Source: Mobula hypostoma (Eukaryota). From it: 64,000 nucleotides of DNA. The DNA is taken from assembly GCF_963921235.1 (NCBI RefSeq), contig NC_086101.1, forward strand, positions 620,001 through 684,000, given 5' to 3'. Under the pieces are notes generated by a model. The model worked only from the letters and a program-made list of their open reading frames with translations. It did not search any database and was not told the origin of the DNA. This document shows positions 36,701-49,619 of this stretch, one piece after another (position 1 is the stretch's first letter; each line of letters starts with the position of its first letter). The position numbers and the translations under genes are program-made.

Positions 36701-37851
36701 GGCCTCTCACGACAAGACTGCTAACTAACCCTTCCTCATCGCTCAAAACCCAGTCTAGAATAGCCTGCTCTCTAGTTGGTTCCTCGACATGTTGGTTCAA
36801 AAAACCATCCCGCATACATTCCAAGAAATCCTCTTCCTCAGCACCTTTACCAATTTGGTTCACTCAATCTACATGTAGATTGAAGTCACCCATTATAATT
36901 GCTGTTCATTTATTGCACACATTTCTAATTTCCTGTTTAATACCATCTCCGACCTCACTACTACTGTTAGGTGGCCTGTACACAACTCCCACCAGCGTTT
37001 TCTGCCCCTTACTGTTACGCAGCTCTACCCATATCGATTCCAAATCTTCCCGGCTTATGTCCTTCCTTTCTATTGCGTTAATCTCATCTTTAACCAGCAA
37101 CACCACCCCACCTCCTTTTCTTTCATGTCTATCCCTCCTGAATATTGAATATCCCTGAATGTTGAGCTCCCATCCTTGGTCACCCTGGAGCCATGTCTCT
37201 GTGATCCCAACTATATCATATCCATTAATAACAATCTGCACTTTTAATTCATCCATCTTGTTACGAATGCTCCTTGCATTGACACACAAAGCCTTCAGGT
37301 TCGCTTTTACAACTCTCTTAGCCCTTATACAATTATGTTGAACAATGGCCCTTTTTGATTTTTGCCCTGGATTTGCCGGCCTGCCACTTTTACTTTTCAC
37401 CTTACTACTTTTTGCTGCTACCCTCATTTTACACCTTGGAGTTTGGAAGAATGAGGGGAGACCTCATAGAAACATTTCGAATGTTGAAAGGCATGGACAG
37501 AGTGGATGTGGCAAAGTTGTTTCCCATGATGGGGGAGTCTAGTACGAGAGGGCATGACTTAAGGATTGAAGGGCGCCCATTCAGAACAGAAATGCAAAGA
37601 AATTTTTTTAGTCAGAGGGTGGTGAATCTATGGAAATTGTTGCCTCGGGCAGCAGTGGAGGCCAAGTCATTGGGTGTATTTGAGGCAGAGATTGATAGGT
37701 ATCTGAGTAGCCAGGGCATCAAAGGTTATGGTGAGAAGGCGGGGGTGTGGGACTAAATGGGAGAATGGATCAGCTCATGATAAAATGGCGGAGCAGACTC
37801 GATGGGCCGAATGGCCGACTTCTGCTCCTTTGTCTTATGGTCTTATGGTCT
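30745..37851 (+). mobile_element. Near full-length CR1 (ORF1 with SGNH/GDSL esterase, ORF2 APE-RT, 3'UTR), interrupted by an opposite-strand CR1
   Basis: ORF1 VVIGDS, HVGTND and DRLHL with a premature stop at 31592; ORF2 from about 31850 to 34310; resumes at about 37434 (GLY|SLEF); tail (tcttatgg)n. Confidence 0.95.
34312..37433 (-). mobile_element. CR1 (second subfamily), ORF2 APE-RT plus 3'UTR
   Basis: ORFs at 36906-37427, 36261-36863, 34843-35841 and 34387-34725; tail (tagaaaca)n on the + strand. Confidence 0.95.
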
Positions 37852-37859
37852 TATTCCAA

Positions 37860-38700
37860 GATCCACTCTAATAAAACGCTGTATCACCTCTCCTTTCCAC
37901 AATATAACTCCAGCTCTCGATTTCCATACATTCCGTTTACATAAATGAGACGTTAACTATATATGCCATAACTAAAAGGATCAGACTGGGATCTGTCAGG
38001 TTTCAGAACAGGCACTACTGCTGTCATATTTCATGAAGGAAGAAGATGGTCCAAACTCTAAACATGATTCAAAACTTTAATATTTTCATGAGAGAGAATT
38101 ACAATTACAGAAATCACCCTTTCCTGGGGACGCCTGACCTACATTAATAATAGACTTCTGAAATTCCTTCAAATAAAACTCTACATTAGTGATACTATCA
38201 TTGCTACAGCTGACTTTCAACACATCAAGGTACAGTATTCACTGAAAAACATGTCCCTACATTGTTTAACTTCTTCACTTAAATTTTCTTGATTATGAAT
38301 GACAGCAGATGACCCATCCAGTAACACAACCTTCCCTGTTTCAGTAACAATCATTTTGTGCTCATTAATTAACACTGGAATACTATGATCCCTACAAATC
38401 CCATTTCCTTAACCGCATCGCAAACATCTTCAAGTTGAATATCCCTTCCAATATTATCTCAATATGATTCCAGTAAATCACCACCTTCCTCACCACGGCC
38501 TGTGCCCTTTTATTCTTAATAATGTCACTCAGAGACTGATGCACCAGCACATAAAAACTTGCATTTCTCCCAATTTGCTTTACCAGATACTCCACCTCCT
38601 ACAAGTGGCTTCCTATCCCCGATGTAAATCCAAACTCAAACTCATAAAGACGGGAAGGCTGACTGACGTTCACATTAAATTATCACTGTGTGAGTTCTCT
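37860..38700 (-). mobile_element. Decayed I-group LINE ORF2 fragment
   Basis: SLSDIIKNKRAQAVVRKVV matches 41080-41130 (SSDLIKYKRAPAVVRKV). Confidence 0.7.
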
Positions 38701-38975
38701 TTTGACCGACAGGAACTTCAGCCACTGACAAAAGGGGCCAGAGGTTGGTCTGAGCTACGATAGGCTGGTGGAAATCCACCCCAAGTTCAGCCCTTTTTCT
38801 TCCGCTGCATCGGTATGACGGATTTCAGCGAGTTGCTGCTGTCAGTGGTTGCCGGCCTTGGTGTCCACAAGGATGGATGTGATTCTCCTTCGATGCCTCA
38901 GTAAGTTTGTTTCAGCGATGTCTGTGGTAGCTGAGAAAAAATGTTTTTTCATGGAGCGACCGATGAGGCCACATG

Positions 38976-38994
38976 ACTACAATTCCCAGAAGGC
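38976..38994 (+). promoter_or_regulatory. ZNF143/SBS-type motif ACTACAATTCCCAGAAGGC
   Basis: Near-consensus match to ACTACAATTCCCAGAATGC in a short non-TE, CpG-containing island. Confidence 0.5.
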
Positions 38995-39029
38995 CCCGCT
39001 GATGACACAGAAGTTGGGGGTGCTGTGGA

Positions 39030-40050
39030 GAGTCTGGATGGTTGGCAGAGTTTGGAATTCAACACAGTGAAGTGATTCATTTCGACTGGTCAATTTTGAA
39101 CACAGAATATAACATTAATGGTAAGATTCTTGGGCATTGTGGGGGGTCAGAGAGATCTTGGGGTCCTTGTCCATACGACACTCAAAGCTGCAGCGCAGGT
39201 TGGCAGTGTTGTTAAGAAGGCGTCTGGTGTGATGGCATGCATTAACCGTGGGACTGAGTTCAAGAGCTGTGAGGGAATGTTGAAGCTATATAAGGCCTTA
39301 GTTACACCCCACTTGGAGTACTGTGTTCCGTTCTGGTCACCTCACTAGGAGGATGTGGATACTACAGAGAGAGTGCAGAGGAGATTTACAAGCAAGCTGC
39401 ACTTGGATTAGAGAGCAAGCCTTATGAGAATAGATTCAGTGAACTTGGCCTTTTACCCTTGGAGCGATGGAGGACGAGAGGTGAGTAGACAAAGCTTAAC
39501 AGGATGCTGCTCGGATAAAGTTAGACTAGACAATCTAGGAATCTAGTTTCTCTGGAGCAGCTGAAGCTAAGGGAGGTCTGACAAATGTTTACAGGGACGT
39601 GAGAGGCACAGACAGAATGGACAACCGGTATTTTGATCTCTATGGAGGAAATGTCTAATACCAGAGGGCATGCACTTCAGGAGAAAGGGAAAAAACTACC
39701 TCATTGGTCCTTTTTGCACTGTTTATGTATTTTGTAATTTAGTGTAATTTTGTATCTTTTATCTGCACAGCTGCTGTTAAAAAAATAGAAAAGACAATAA
39801 TGTTAAAAAACCTGACTCAGAATGTTTAAAGGAGATGTGCATTGCAAGTTTTGTTTTTCATACCCATCGTGGGGAGTGTCTGGAATGAATGTCGGGGGTG
39901 GTGGTGGAGGCAGATGTGATAGAGGCTATTAGATACCACATGAACGTGTGGAGAATGGAGTGATGTGGAGCTTGTGTAGGCAGAGGGGTTGCTTCAGTAA
40001 GGCATGAAATGACCGGTTCAGTTGATTCAGAACAACACAAGGAGCAGAAG
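39030..40050 (+). mobile_element. Decayed CR1 3' fragments
   Basis: RDLGVLVH...LYKALVTPHLEYCVPFWSPH. Confidence 0.8.
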
Positions 40051-40059
40051 GACCTGTTC

Positions 40060-43000
40060 AAGGACAAGTACGGCAAGTAGAGGTGGTAAACTGGATAAAG
40101 TGTTCCCAGTCAGAGAACAGACCGTGATGTCAGTGGATATATGTCGTCATCACAGATACTTTACTGCTGGATAAAATGAAGTTTGTGATGTTTATAAAGA
40201 TGTGGTGAATTATACTGCTCAGACATATCGTCCTAATGAGGAAATTAAAATTGCCGTGAAAGCTGCAGAAAGGTATCTTGGTGTAACTGGTGCTATGTGG
40301 AAAGCTGTAATTAAAGCTTTGATGGGTGGGGTATCTGTATCCCAGTCTACTTGTGAAGGTATGTGATGGGATTAAAATATTGCAGAGAAATGCGAGAAGC
40401 CAGATTTATAATGTTTAAGACTTTAAGAAGTTTATTTCTGATTTGTCAGATGCTCCCGATGTTATACGTATTCAGGAAACGTGGTTATTTGCACATTTTA
40501 AGTTTTTTGTGCACAATTATATTGTCATTCGGTGTGGTGGGTTAGTTGGTAGAGGGGTGGTGTTGCCAGTTTTATAAGGCAAGTAGCAGGGTGGATGTCA
40601 ATGAAATGGATGTGGGATTTGTTGTAGAAACATTTGATTCAAGAGGTAGGTGTATAAAAGCGGTTAATTTTTGCAACCCTTGTTGACAACTTTCTACTGA
40701 TCGGTTAGAAAGTATATGCAGTTCTCGCTCACAAAGGGTTGTGCGGTGTGGGGATTTGAACGCACCTGCTCACTCTGGGGTTGTTTGCGGAATGAAGGTA
40801 ATGGTTTAATTGATGAAGAGTTTTTCACCTTGTGTGTATGAATGGGTGCGAGATTTAATGTTCATAGTAGTTCTGGAACTGCTACAGAATGTTGAGGAAG
40901 ACACATATTTTTACAATGAAAGGTTATGTTACGTTATTCAACTAACTGCGTTGGCAGTGATTCCCTTTACAAACAGAATTAATAATAGGAGAAAGGCTGT
41001 ACCATGGTGGACGGCGGAGTGTGCAGGGGCAAGGGAGAGAAATAAGGCGTTTAGGACAGTTAAGAAGTATCAGTCTTCAAGTGACCTTATTAAGTATAAA
41101 AGGGCACCGGCCGTGGTGAGGAAAGTGATGATAATTGTGAAAAAGGTTTTCTGGGGGTTATATTGTGATAATATTGGAAGGGATCGGCAGTTCAGTCGTC
41201 TCCAAGAAAGGATGTTATGTTATTGTATGATCACACATATGACTGACAACTCTCTTGTGATTATATTAAAATTTCTGAATTGTTTTTGGAGGTTTGACTA
41301 TCTTCCTCATGGAGAATGGTTGCAGGTGTAACAATTTAAAACCTTCTATCGTTTGGTCTCATTTATATAAACTGATGGAATGTATGGTAATCGAACACTT
41401 GAGCTATATTTTGGAAAACAGAGGTGATTTTGCGTTTCATCAGAGTGGATATAAGAAGGTTAGAATAACATTGGATTCAGTTTTATGTTTAGAAGATCAC
41501 ATTAGCAAAGCACAGTTCAATATAGATGTTGGAATTGAAAATATTTTGATATTGGAAAAGCAGATGATATTTATGGGAGTACGGACTTTTGATTAATTTT
41601 TGGAAATGCGTTTGAGTAGCGACTGAATAATTTTTTCTGAGTTTTTTTTATTTGGACGTCCTGTGCAGGTACGGGTGGGCAAGTTTTATTCGGTTTTCTA
41701 TAGGATCGAAATTGGGACCCCACAAGACAGTATTTGTTATTTCATATTATGATTAATAATGTTTTCTTTGAGATAGGTTCTGGGGTGTGTAAATTACTAT
41801 CTGTAGATGATGGAGGTTTATGGATTGGAGGTAGAAATTTCAATTTTACCCTATATAGGATGCAATTAGCAATTAATGTCGAGCAGTTGGCAAGTAGATA
41901 GGACTTAAGCTTTCAGTGGCAAAAAAACACAAGTCATGTGTTTTATAAACAGGATTAATAGACCTGCAGTTGATTTGAAATCATATGATCAAACTCTTGA
42001 AGACGTGTCAGTGGTAAGATTTCCAGGCTTGTGGATGGATAATAAGCTGATAAAATTGTGTTAGAGGACCGTTGGGAACTTCACAAGAAGACTGTTTTTA
42101 GTTTTGGGTGCCTGGGTTCTTATCACGCTGGGAATATGGGTTCATTGGATTTGCATTATATCCCACCGTCGCCTTCTCGGTAACCCTACCATGCTTTTTT
42201 CAATGCCTTTAGTTGATTTTAGATACATGATTAAATAAGGTCTAAGGATTCTGTTATGCTTGAGAGTCTATTGATTCGTCAGTACTTTGAGGAAAATTAT
42301 TATGATATGTTAAACATTGCTGCAGAAGAATCTAAAGATAACTTAACTGGGATGTTAAGGTGGCTGTATTTTTTCTCTCTGTGTGGATGAATTATAGGTA
42401 ACGATAAAGAAACAATTTACAAACTATTCATCTGTACATACAGCAGAATTTGTTGCCATCATTTTGGGCTTACAGTGGCTGGCGGAAATTTGTTCATGTA
42501 AAGTTTCATTTGTTCAGATACCTTTTCGGTTTTGAAGAGCCTTAAAACAGGATCCTTGCAGTAGGACAGATTTACTGTTGAAAACTCACCAAAGATTATT
42601 TTCTGCACAAAGTACTGTTTTATATGTTCACTTCTTATGGGTCCTTGCATGTAGAGGTTCAGTTACAAAAGCTGTTAAAATTTCAACTGTGGATAAACAC
42701 CTTCCACCTAGCAAATCATAAGCTAAGTGGTTTGTGGGTTAAGAATTACAGCAAGACTGTTGGGATAATGGGCCTCAAAGGAGACACATAGTCATAGTCA
42801 TACTTTATTGATCCCGGTGGAAGTTGGTTTTCGTTACAGTTACACCATAAATTATTAAATAGTAATAAAACCATAAATAATTAAGTAGTACTATGTAAAT
42901 TATGCCATGAAATAAGTCCAGGACCAGCCTATTGGCTCAGGGTGTCTGACCCTCCAAGGGAGGAGTTGTAAAGTTTGATGGTCACAGGCAGGAATGACCT

Positions 43001-43620
43001 CCTAAGACGCTCTGTGTTGCATCTCGGTGGAATGAGTCTCTGGCTGAATGTACTCCTGTGCCCAACCAGTACGTTATGTAGTGGATGGGAGACATTGTCC
43101 AAGATGGCATGCAACTTGGACAGCATCCTCTTTTCAGACACCACCGTCAGAGAGTCCAGTTCCATCCCCACAACTTCACTGGCCTTACGAATGAGTTTGT
43201 TGATTCTGTTGGTGTCTGCTACCCTCAGCCTGCTGCCCCAGCACACAACAGCAAACATGATAGCACTGGCCAGCACAGACTCGTGGAACATCCTCAGCAT
43301 CGTCCGACAGATGTTACCTTTACAGAATATATAAGTTAGGTTTATGGGGGAAGGGGGTAAAACAAGAAGAGAAGGAATTACATTGACACAACTTAGAATT
43401 TGGCACACTATGCCACTATTCCCTCGTTCGTGTTGGGAATCATCATTCTGGGTCGTTTAGTTTTCGTTTAAAAGCTTTCTTAAGTTATTACAGTAACTTT
43501 AAGTTAATTCACGGTATTATGGCTTGTTACGCACAATCTATCGGACTTTTGGGGGGTAAATTAGGTTTCATTTCAAAAAGGAAGCAGTGAGGGTTTTATT
43601 TCCCAATTCTCTACACCACA
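40060..43620 (+). mobile_element. Decayed I-group (Nimb/I-like) LINE: APE, RT, RNase H
   Basis: APE start MGLKILQRNARS at 40365; KAVPWWTAEC; KLMECMVIEHL...HQSGYKK; RNase H-like SVHTAEFVAIILGLQW. Confidence 0.75.
42788..43315 (-). mobile_element. Rex1/Babar 3' fragment inserted in the I-group LINE
   Basis: NICRTMLRMFHESV...SFLPVTIKLYN; (ATGACT)n tail; host sequence agacac|ctttacag rejoins across it. Confidence 0.9.
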
Positions 43621-43801
43621 CTCCAGTCCAGTTACTGAGCAGAATGCGGCTTTAAGTTGGAGCGTCCAACGTTTATCCAAACCTTGCCCTCGTTCTTCAC
43701 ATTAGCCAATTGTTCAAGGGGCTGGCGGAGACTGGTGTGGTTGACATTGGATTATCCCACCAGCATCCGACTAGATCCCCGCCACTTTGTGGCAACGCCT
43801 G

Positions 43802-44780
43802 TGTTATAAAGGGGCGCTGGGAGAGGACTCAAATGCAAGACACAGACACTGAAGTACTAGGAACAGGACTAGGTTTATCAAGAAAGCAAGGGGAGTTAGG
43901 AAGAAACGACGCTGGGCATGGACTCAGGCCCTGAACGAGACAAGGATACTGAGCCTGGGCTTGGACTAAGGCTAGGAAACCGGGACCAGGAAAAGGGACT
44001 TGGAACTAGGAGCCTTGGCGAGGACTCCGTGCCAGAGACTGGACAGGGACCAGGAAGCTGGGTCTTGACTCGGGTTCAGAACTCCAATCTAGGCGAGAAG
44101 AAGACATGGCTACAGGACTGGACATGGACTTCCTGCACAGGACGAGGCACATGGGCAGGACGAGAACACAAAGCCATGACTTGGACAAGATGAGGTTCTA
44201 GGACTTGGCTTGGACTAGACGAGGTTCTTGGACGTGGCTTGGACTGGACGAGGTACTTGGACGTGGCTTGGACTAGACGAGGGAACTCCAGCACAGGACG
44301 AGGGAATTTCAGCACGGGCGAGGTACTCCTGGGCTGGGCGAGGAGCTCCTGGGCTGCGCGACGTACTCCAGCACAGGACTTGGCTCTTGGACTAGGTTTG
44401 GCTCGGTTCTTCGACTCGGCTTGATCACGCTCTTAGATCCGGGGCCGGGACCCTCTTTGGAGCGCAGGGCCGGAAAACTTATAGGACGCAGGCCAGGACC
44501 CTTCTAGGACACAGGGCCGGGTGACTGCCGAAGATATTTGCCAAGGTAAACGCTGAGGTAAACGCTGAGGAAGCTGTCATGGGTTCAAATGGGGAGGGGA
44601 AGGGAACAGTCCAGACGGGAATCCTTGCTTTACAGAGGTATTTATGTGCCAGCGTAAACAAGAATCAGGTGCCTCAATTAAGGCACACAATGGAACAAGG
44701 GAAAACAGGAAAACTCGGAATAAGGATCAATGAACCGGACCATGAACCAGAATGCTGATTTCACAGACCGGACCATGACA
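43802..44780 (-). mobile_element. Probable solo LTR with internal short tandem repeats
   Basis: Minus strand begins TGTCATGGTCC and ends TATAACA; TATA-like cataaatacc; internal ggacttgg/ggacgagg repeats. No TSD found. Confidence 0.55.
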
Positions 44781-45239
44781 GTCGGTCTGTGAGTTCGGTG
44801 GGCGGGAATGGGAAAGATGGACATATCCACGGATCAACATGCGGGCGTTATTCCGGAGTAGTTCTTTGACTGACATCTGCCGGGTCCACTGAGGTGGTGA
44901 GTCTCCCACCCCATATCAACACTATAATGTCCCGGAGCTGCTGGTCGATGGGACAATCTGCCCGGGAATAACACCTGGGAGATGAGGTGGTGAATGTGAT
45001 GAGCTGGAGCCTGGACTGGAGACACTGCGGCCGCCTCTGGCGTGTGCTCAGGACGGGGCTTTATTAATGAACTGAAACACCGGGGTGACCAGAGATTTCA
45101 CCCCGCTGATCCCCTGATAACATCTGACTGGCGCAATCCCCACGGTGACAGATTGTGATTCAATTAAGACCATTTGTGGGAGTTAGTTTGTCCTAATAAG
45201 GGTGTCTGATCAATTGAATAAGTTTCCACTGTAAATCTG

Positions 45240-46960
45240 CCTTGAGACTCGTCACAGCTGCAAATCAGCAGACACACCCATGCACATTAGATTATACCAG
45301 AGCAAACAGTTCACAAAATAGCTGTTTCCACTTTAAGAAGTCTGTATAGATGGGAAAACCTTGAGATTTGAAACACTTCCAAATCTACCAGTTCCCCCAA
45401 GTCACTGTTCACGCCCGAATCCGCCAACACACCCAAATCAGCACATATCTGCAAATCAGTGTGCACCCACAAATCTGTGCTCACAGGTAAACCCACATTC
45501 AACCCATCAGTGTGCACCCTCAAAGCAACCGACACCCCCAAGTCCCTGTGCACTCACACATTCGCTGACATACCCTTAAATCTGTACACATCCACAAAGC
45601 AACATCCGCCAAATCCGTATCCACCCCCAGATTCACCGACAAATCAGGAAATATGCGCACATCCCCAAATCGGTACCTACTCCAAATCCCTGCTTACACC
45701 TACACATGAGGCTATCGCAGAGCAGGAATCATTTCAAACACTTCACAAAACAGTTGCTTCCACCTTCAAAGTCGCAAGAAGAAATTTTAAATTCCAAACA
45801 CAAATCTACATGTGTATTCTCTGTATTCTAGTTGACATCCCCTTAAATCTGTTCACCTCCCCAAACCTATCCTCACCCTGAGTCAGTTGGTGCCCCCAAA
45901 TCCATCGACATCCCCATATTCACAGAGCAACCCCTATGTCTCCGCAAATCCCTGTGCACCCCATATTCGCCAAACATCCCTAAATCAGCGCAATTCTCAA
46001 ATCTGCCTGCACCCCGAAACCCATGCGCACCCCCAAACCTGCCGACACCCCCAAATCCACCGATATTCCCAGATCTGCGAACACCTCAAACCCGCTGACT
46101 CCCCCACATGCATATTAGATTATCTCAGACCAAGGATCATATCAACCAGTTCTCAAAATATCTGCCTCTAACTTTAAAAAAAAGCAACAACAGAGTTGAA
46201 GGTTCAAATTGCTTTTATTATTAAAGTATGTATCAATGAAACAAACTTGAGATTCGAAACACCTCCCAATCCACCGGGATACCCAGATCTGCAAATCTGT
46301 GTGCACTCCCAAATCTGTGCACACCAGCAAACCCACATGCAACCCCCAACTCAGTGTTCACCCCCAATCAGTGTGCATCCCCAAATCCATGCACACCCCA
46401 AGCCTGCCGACACCTGAAATCCACCAACATACCCAGATCTGTGCCACCCCAAACCCGTTGTCTCTCCCACATGCTCACTACATTATCCCAGAGAAAGAAT
46501 TATTTCAAACAGTTCACAAAATAGCTGCCCCCACCTTAAATCAAACAGCAAGAATAAAGGCCAAATTTCGAAGTGCAATTGTTCTTAAAGTATCTATAAA
46601 TGAAACAGCCTTGAGCTTCATAACTTCCCGAATTCCAAGGACTCCCCAAATCGGCCAATACACCCAAATTTGTGCGCAGCCCCAAATGCTCCCAAATCCC
46701 TGTCCATCCTCAAATGACCAAAGCAGTGTGCACCGCCAAATTCACCGACACTCCAAAATCCGTGTGCACCCTCATATTCGCCAACATACCCTAAAACCTT
46801 CGCACATCCGCAAATCAATGTGCAGCCCCATTTCCATGTGCACCCCAAACCCGCTGACCTCCCCACATGCACAGTAGATTATCCCAGAGCAAGAATAATT
46901 TCCAACAGTTCACAAAATAGCAGCCTCCATCTTTAAAAGTTCAAAGTTCAAAATGCATTC
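45240..46960 (+). repeat. Diverged tandem array, about 360-425-bp units, C/A-rich
   Basis: Anchor acatgcacattagattat...cagttcacaaaatagctg recurs near 45279, 45704, 46106, 46468 and 46863. Confidence 0.85.
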
Positions 46961-47059
46961 AATATTTAAGTACCTTTGTGTGTCTGCATCTCTATGCCTT
47001 TATGTGCGTCCTCGTGTGTGTCTATCTGTCTCCCTACCTACCCGTGCGCATGTGGGTAT

Positions 47060-47225
47060 GTGAATGCTTTTCAACAACTTTAAAATCCCTGGACCTTATC
47101 GCCTCACTATGACATTGTTTGTCCAGTACCTATTCACTTCTATTCTCCATCGGAAGGCCTTAAAGCACACCACTTTCTTCCCGACAACGGACCCAGCCAA
47201 TTCCCTTTCATCCACACTTTATCTG
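47060..47225 (+). mobile_element. PLE RT fragment
   Basis: LFNNFKIPGPYRLTMTLFVQYLFTSILHRKALK, homologous to 850-950. Confidence 0.7.
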
Positions 47226-47359
47226 GAGTCAGAGAGCACTATAACAAACAAACAAACAAACAAACCCCTTTGTCCATTGAGTCCGTACCGAATTGTGATT
47301 CTGCCGAGTCCCATAACCGCAGCTGGACCATGGCCCTCGGTACCCCTCCGTCCATGTAC

Positions 47360-49511
47360 TGATCCAAACGGATACATAGTGATCAGGGACGGGATTTCCA
47401 GAGTAGGTTCAGACATGAACACATGATGTACTGAGCCGGCTTGGGGTCGAGAAGTCGTGGACTACGCCCTTTCAGCCGCTGGGTGATCCCCAGCCGGAGA
47501 TGTTTCATCGGATCTGATTAGACATGCTCGGAAACTTGGAAATCAACAAGAAGAACAATTGGAGTCAACATATTCGACACCTGTTCCACTACTAGTCAAG
47601 TCAAGTCAAGTTAAATCACTTTTTATTGCTGGCACAGTACACGGTAAAAACAACGTTTTTCAGGACCATGGTGCTACAAAAACTACAGTGAACTACGTAA
47701 AACAACACAAAACTACACTAGACTACAGACCTACCCAGCACTACATAAAGTGCACAAAACATTTCAGGCATTACAATAAATAATAAACAAGACAATAGGC
47801 ACAGTAGAGAGCAGTAGGTTGGTGTCAGTCCAAGCTCTGGGTATTGAGGAGTCTGATGGCTTGGGGGTAGAAACTGTTACATAGTCTAGTCGTGAGAGCC
47901 CGAATGCTTCGGTGCCTTTTGCCAGATGGCAGGAGGGAGAAGGGTTTGTATGAGGGGTGTGTGGGGTCCTTCATAATGCTGTTTGCTTTGCGGATGCAGT
48001 GTGTGGTGTAAATGTCAGTAATGGTGGGAAGAGAGACCCCGATGATCTTCTCAGCTGACCTCACTATCCGCTGCAGGGTCTTGCGATCCGAGATGGTGCA
48101 ATTTCCGAACAAGGCCGTGATGCAGCTGCTCAGGATGCTCTCAGTACAACCTCTGTAGAATGTGGTGAGGATGGGGGGTAGGAGATGGACTTTACTCAGC
48201 CTTCGCAGAAAGTACAGATGCTGCTGGGCTTTCTTTGCTATGGAGCTGGTGTTGAGGGACCAGGTGAGATTCTCCGCCAGGTGAACACTAAGAAATTTGG
48301 TGCTCTTAACGATCTTTACAGAGGAGTCGACAATGTTCAGCGGAGAGTGGTCATTCCATGTCCTCCTGAAGTCAACAACCATCTCTTTTGTTTTGTTCAC
48401 ATTCAGAGACAGGTTGTTGGCTCTGCACCAGTCCGTTAGCTGCTGCACCTCCTCTCTGTATGCTGACTCATCATTCTTGCTGATGAGACCCACCAAGGTC
48501 GTGTCATTGGCGAACTTGATGATGTGGTTCGAGCTGTGTGTGGGTCGTGGTTCGAGTCGTGGGTCAGCAGAGTGAACAGCAGTGGACTGAGCACACAGCC
48601 CTGGGGGGCGGGGGGTGGGGTGGGGGGGGGGCACTACAACTGTACATGAGAAGAAGCCACTGGGTAGTCGCCATATTATCTCATGTTTGGGCGCCAGGTA
48701 ATGTTACCCATCGACCTTTATTTTGGGACTGGAGACAAAGACCTACCATCAAAGACTTATCTGAAGTATGTGTCTGATATGAGAAGGGAGCTGATAAAAC
48801 TCTTATGAACTAGCAGAATTAAGGAAATAAGAGCAGCTATGATAAAAACTTTAGGTTCTCCCGACTCATGCCGGGAGACAGAGACCTCATAAGGAATTTG
48901 GGGCTACCTGGGAACATAAGTTGGCTGAATGCTGGGTGGCTGCGCCCTATGTGGTGGAGAGTCAGATGCTAAATGTACCATTTTTTAGGGTGAAACCAGA
49001 GGATGGGAACGGGTCTGTCAGGATTCTCTATCGGAACTACCTTCTGCCTCTGGGACAAGAGGTGCAGGTTGACCCAGAGTCCGACCTGGAGCCTACAGAG
49101 GATTCTGTGGTGACATGGAGAGATTGAAGGAGAGATTATACCGGCCCTATCCCTGGATGCGATACTGATCCGACAAAGGCCGGGGTGATAGAAGGAGGAG
49201 CAGCGAAGGGGAAACCATGATCTCCAACTTGGGCACATTGGACTGTTTCATTAAAATGTGCCCTTCTTTTTTTTTTGCTTTTCTTTACTAGCCCTTTAGT
49301 CAAATTTAGAATAAAAAGCTCAGTCGTTTAATTGTGTGTGGTGTCCAGTCTGTTACTTCGTGGCATTGATTTGTATCAGGGAAACAAATCACGCAGCATC
49401 CACCCAAACAGGGGGTCTCGGGTGAGCTCACACCTCAATCCCACACGTTTGGCAGGGCCAGAGATGGTCTTCCCTAGAGTTAGGTAGCCGAACAGAACCT
49501 GGGTGTTTCAC
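47360..49511 (+). mobile_element. Decayed Gypsy integrase plus partial 3' LTR, split by Rex/Babar
   Basis: RIHSDQGRDFQS and GVEKSWTTPFQPLGDPQPE before the insertion; YNCT...PYYLMFG and APYVVESQML after it. 49200-49511 resembles the 3' half of LTR 9827-10403. Confidence 0.8.
47593..48631 (-). mobile_element. Rex/Babar LINE, 5'-truncated
   Basis: IIKFANDTTLVGLIS...NNLSLNVNKTKEMVVDFRR; (ACTTG)n tail; flanking repeat CACTAC. Confidence 0.9.
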
Positions 49512-49619
49512 CGTCATCTACCTGGAGCAGCGAGCTCACTCCCACCTGGGTGATGGCGGTGTAATTCTGAGAATCACATTTTTTTACAATTTCTCCAGTG
49601 CCTTCAGTTCAATCCAGGC

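Noticed and set aside
43860..44430. Repeat/spacer-like pattern (CRISPR-like)
   Set aside because: Irregular short degenerate repeats without unique spacers, inside a probable LTR in eukaryotic DNA.
45459..46877. P/H/Q-rich ORFs in the tandem array
   Set aside because: Frames are not maintained between repeat units; a compositional artefact.
47345..47395. Inverted-repeat hairpin suggesting a structured RNA
   Set aside because: It overlaps decayed Gypsy integrase coding sequence (RIHSDQGRDF); there is no independent support.
48600..48631. G-run tract (G-quadruplex candidate)
   Set aside because: Expanded homopolymer at the truncated 5' end of a Rex/Babar copy; no evidence of function and error-prone in assembly.
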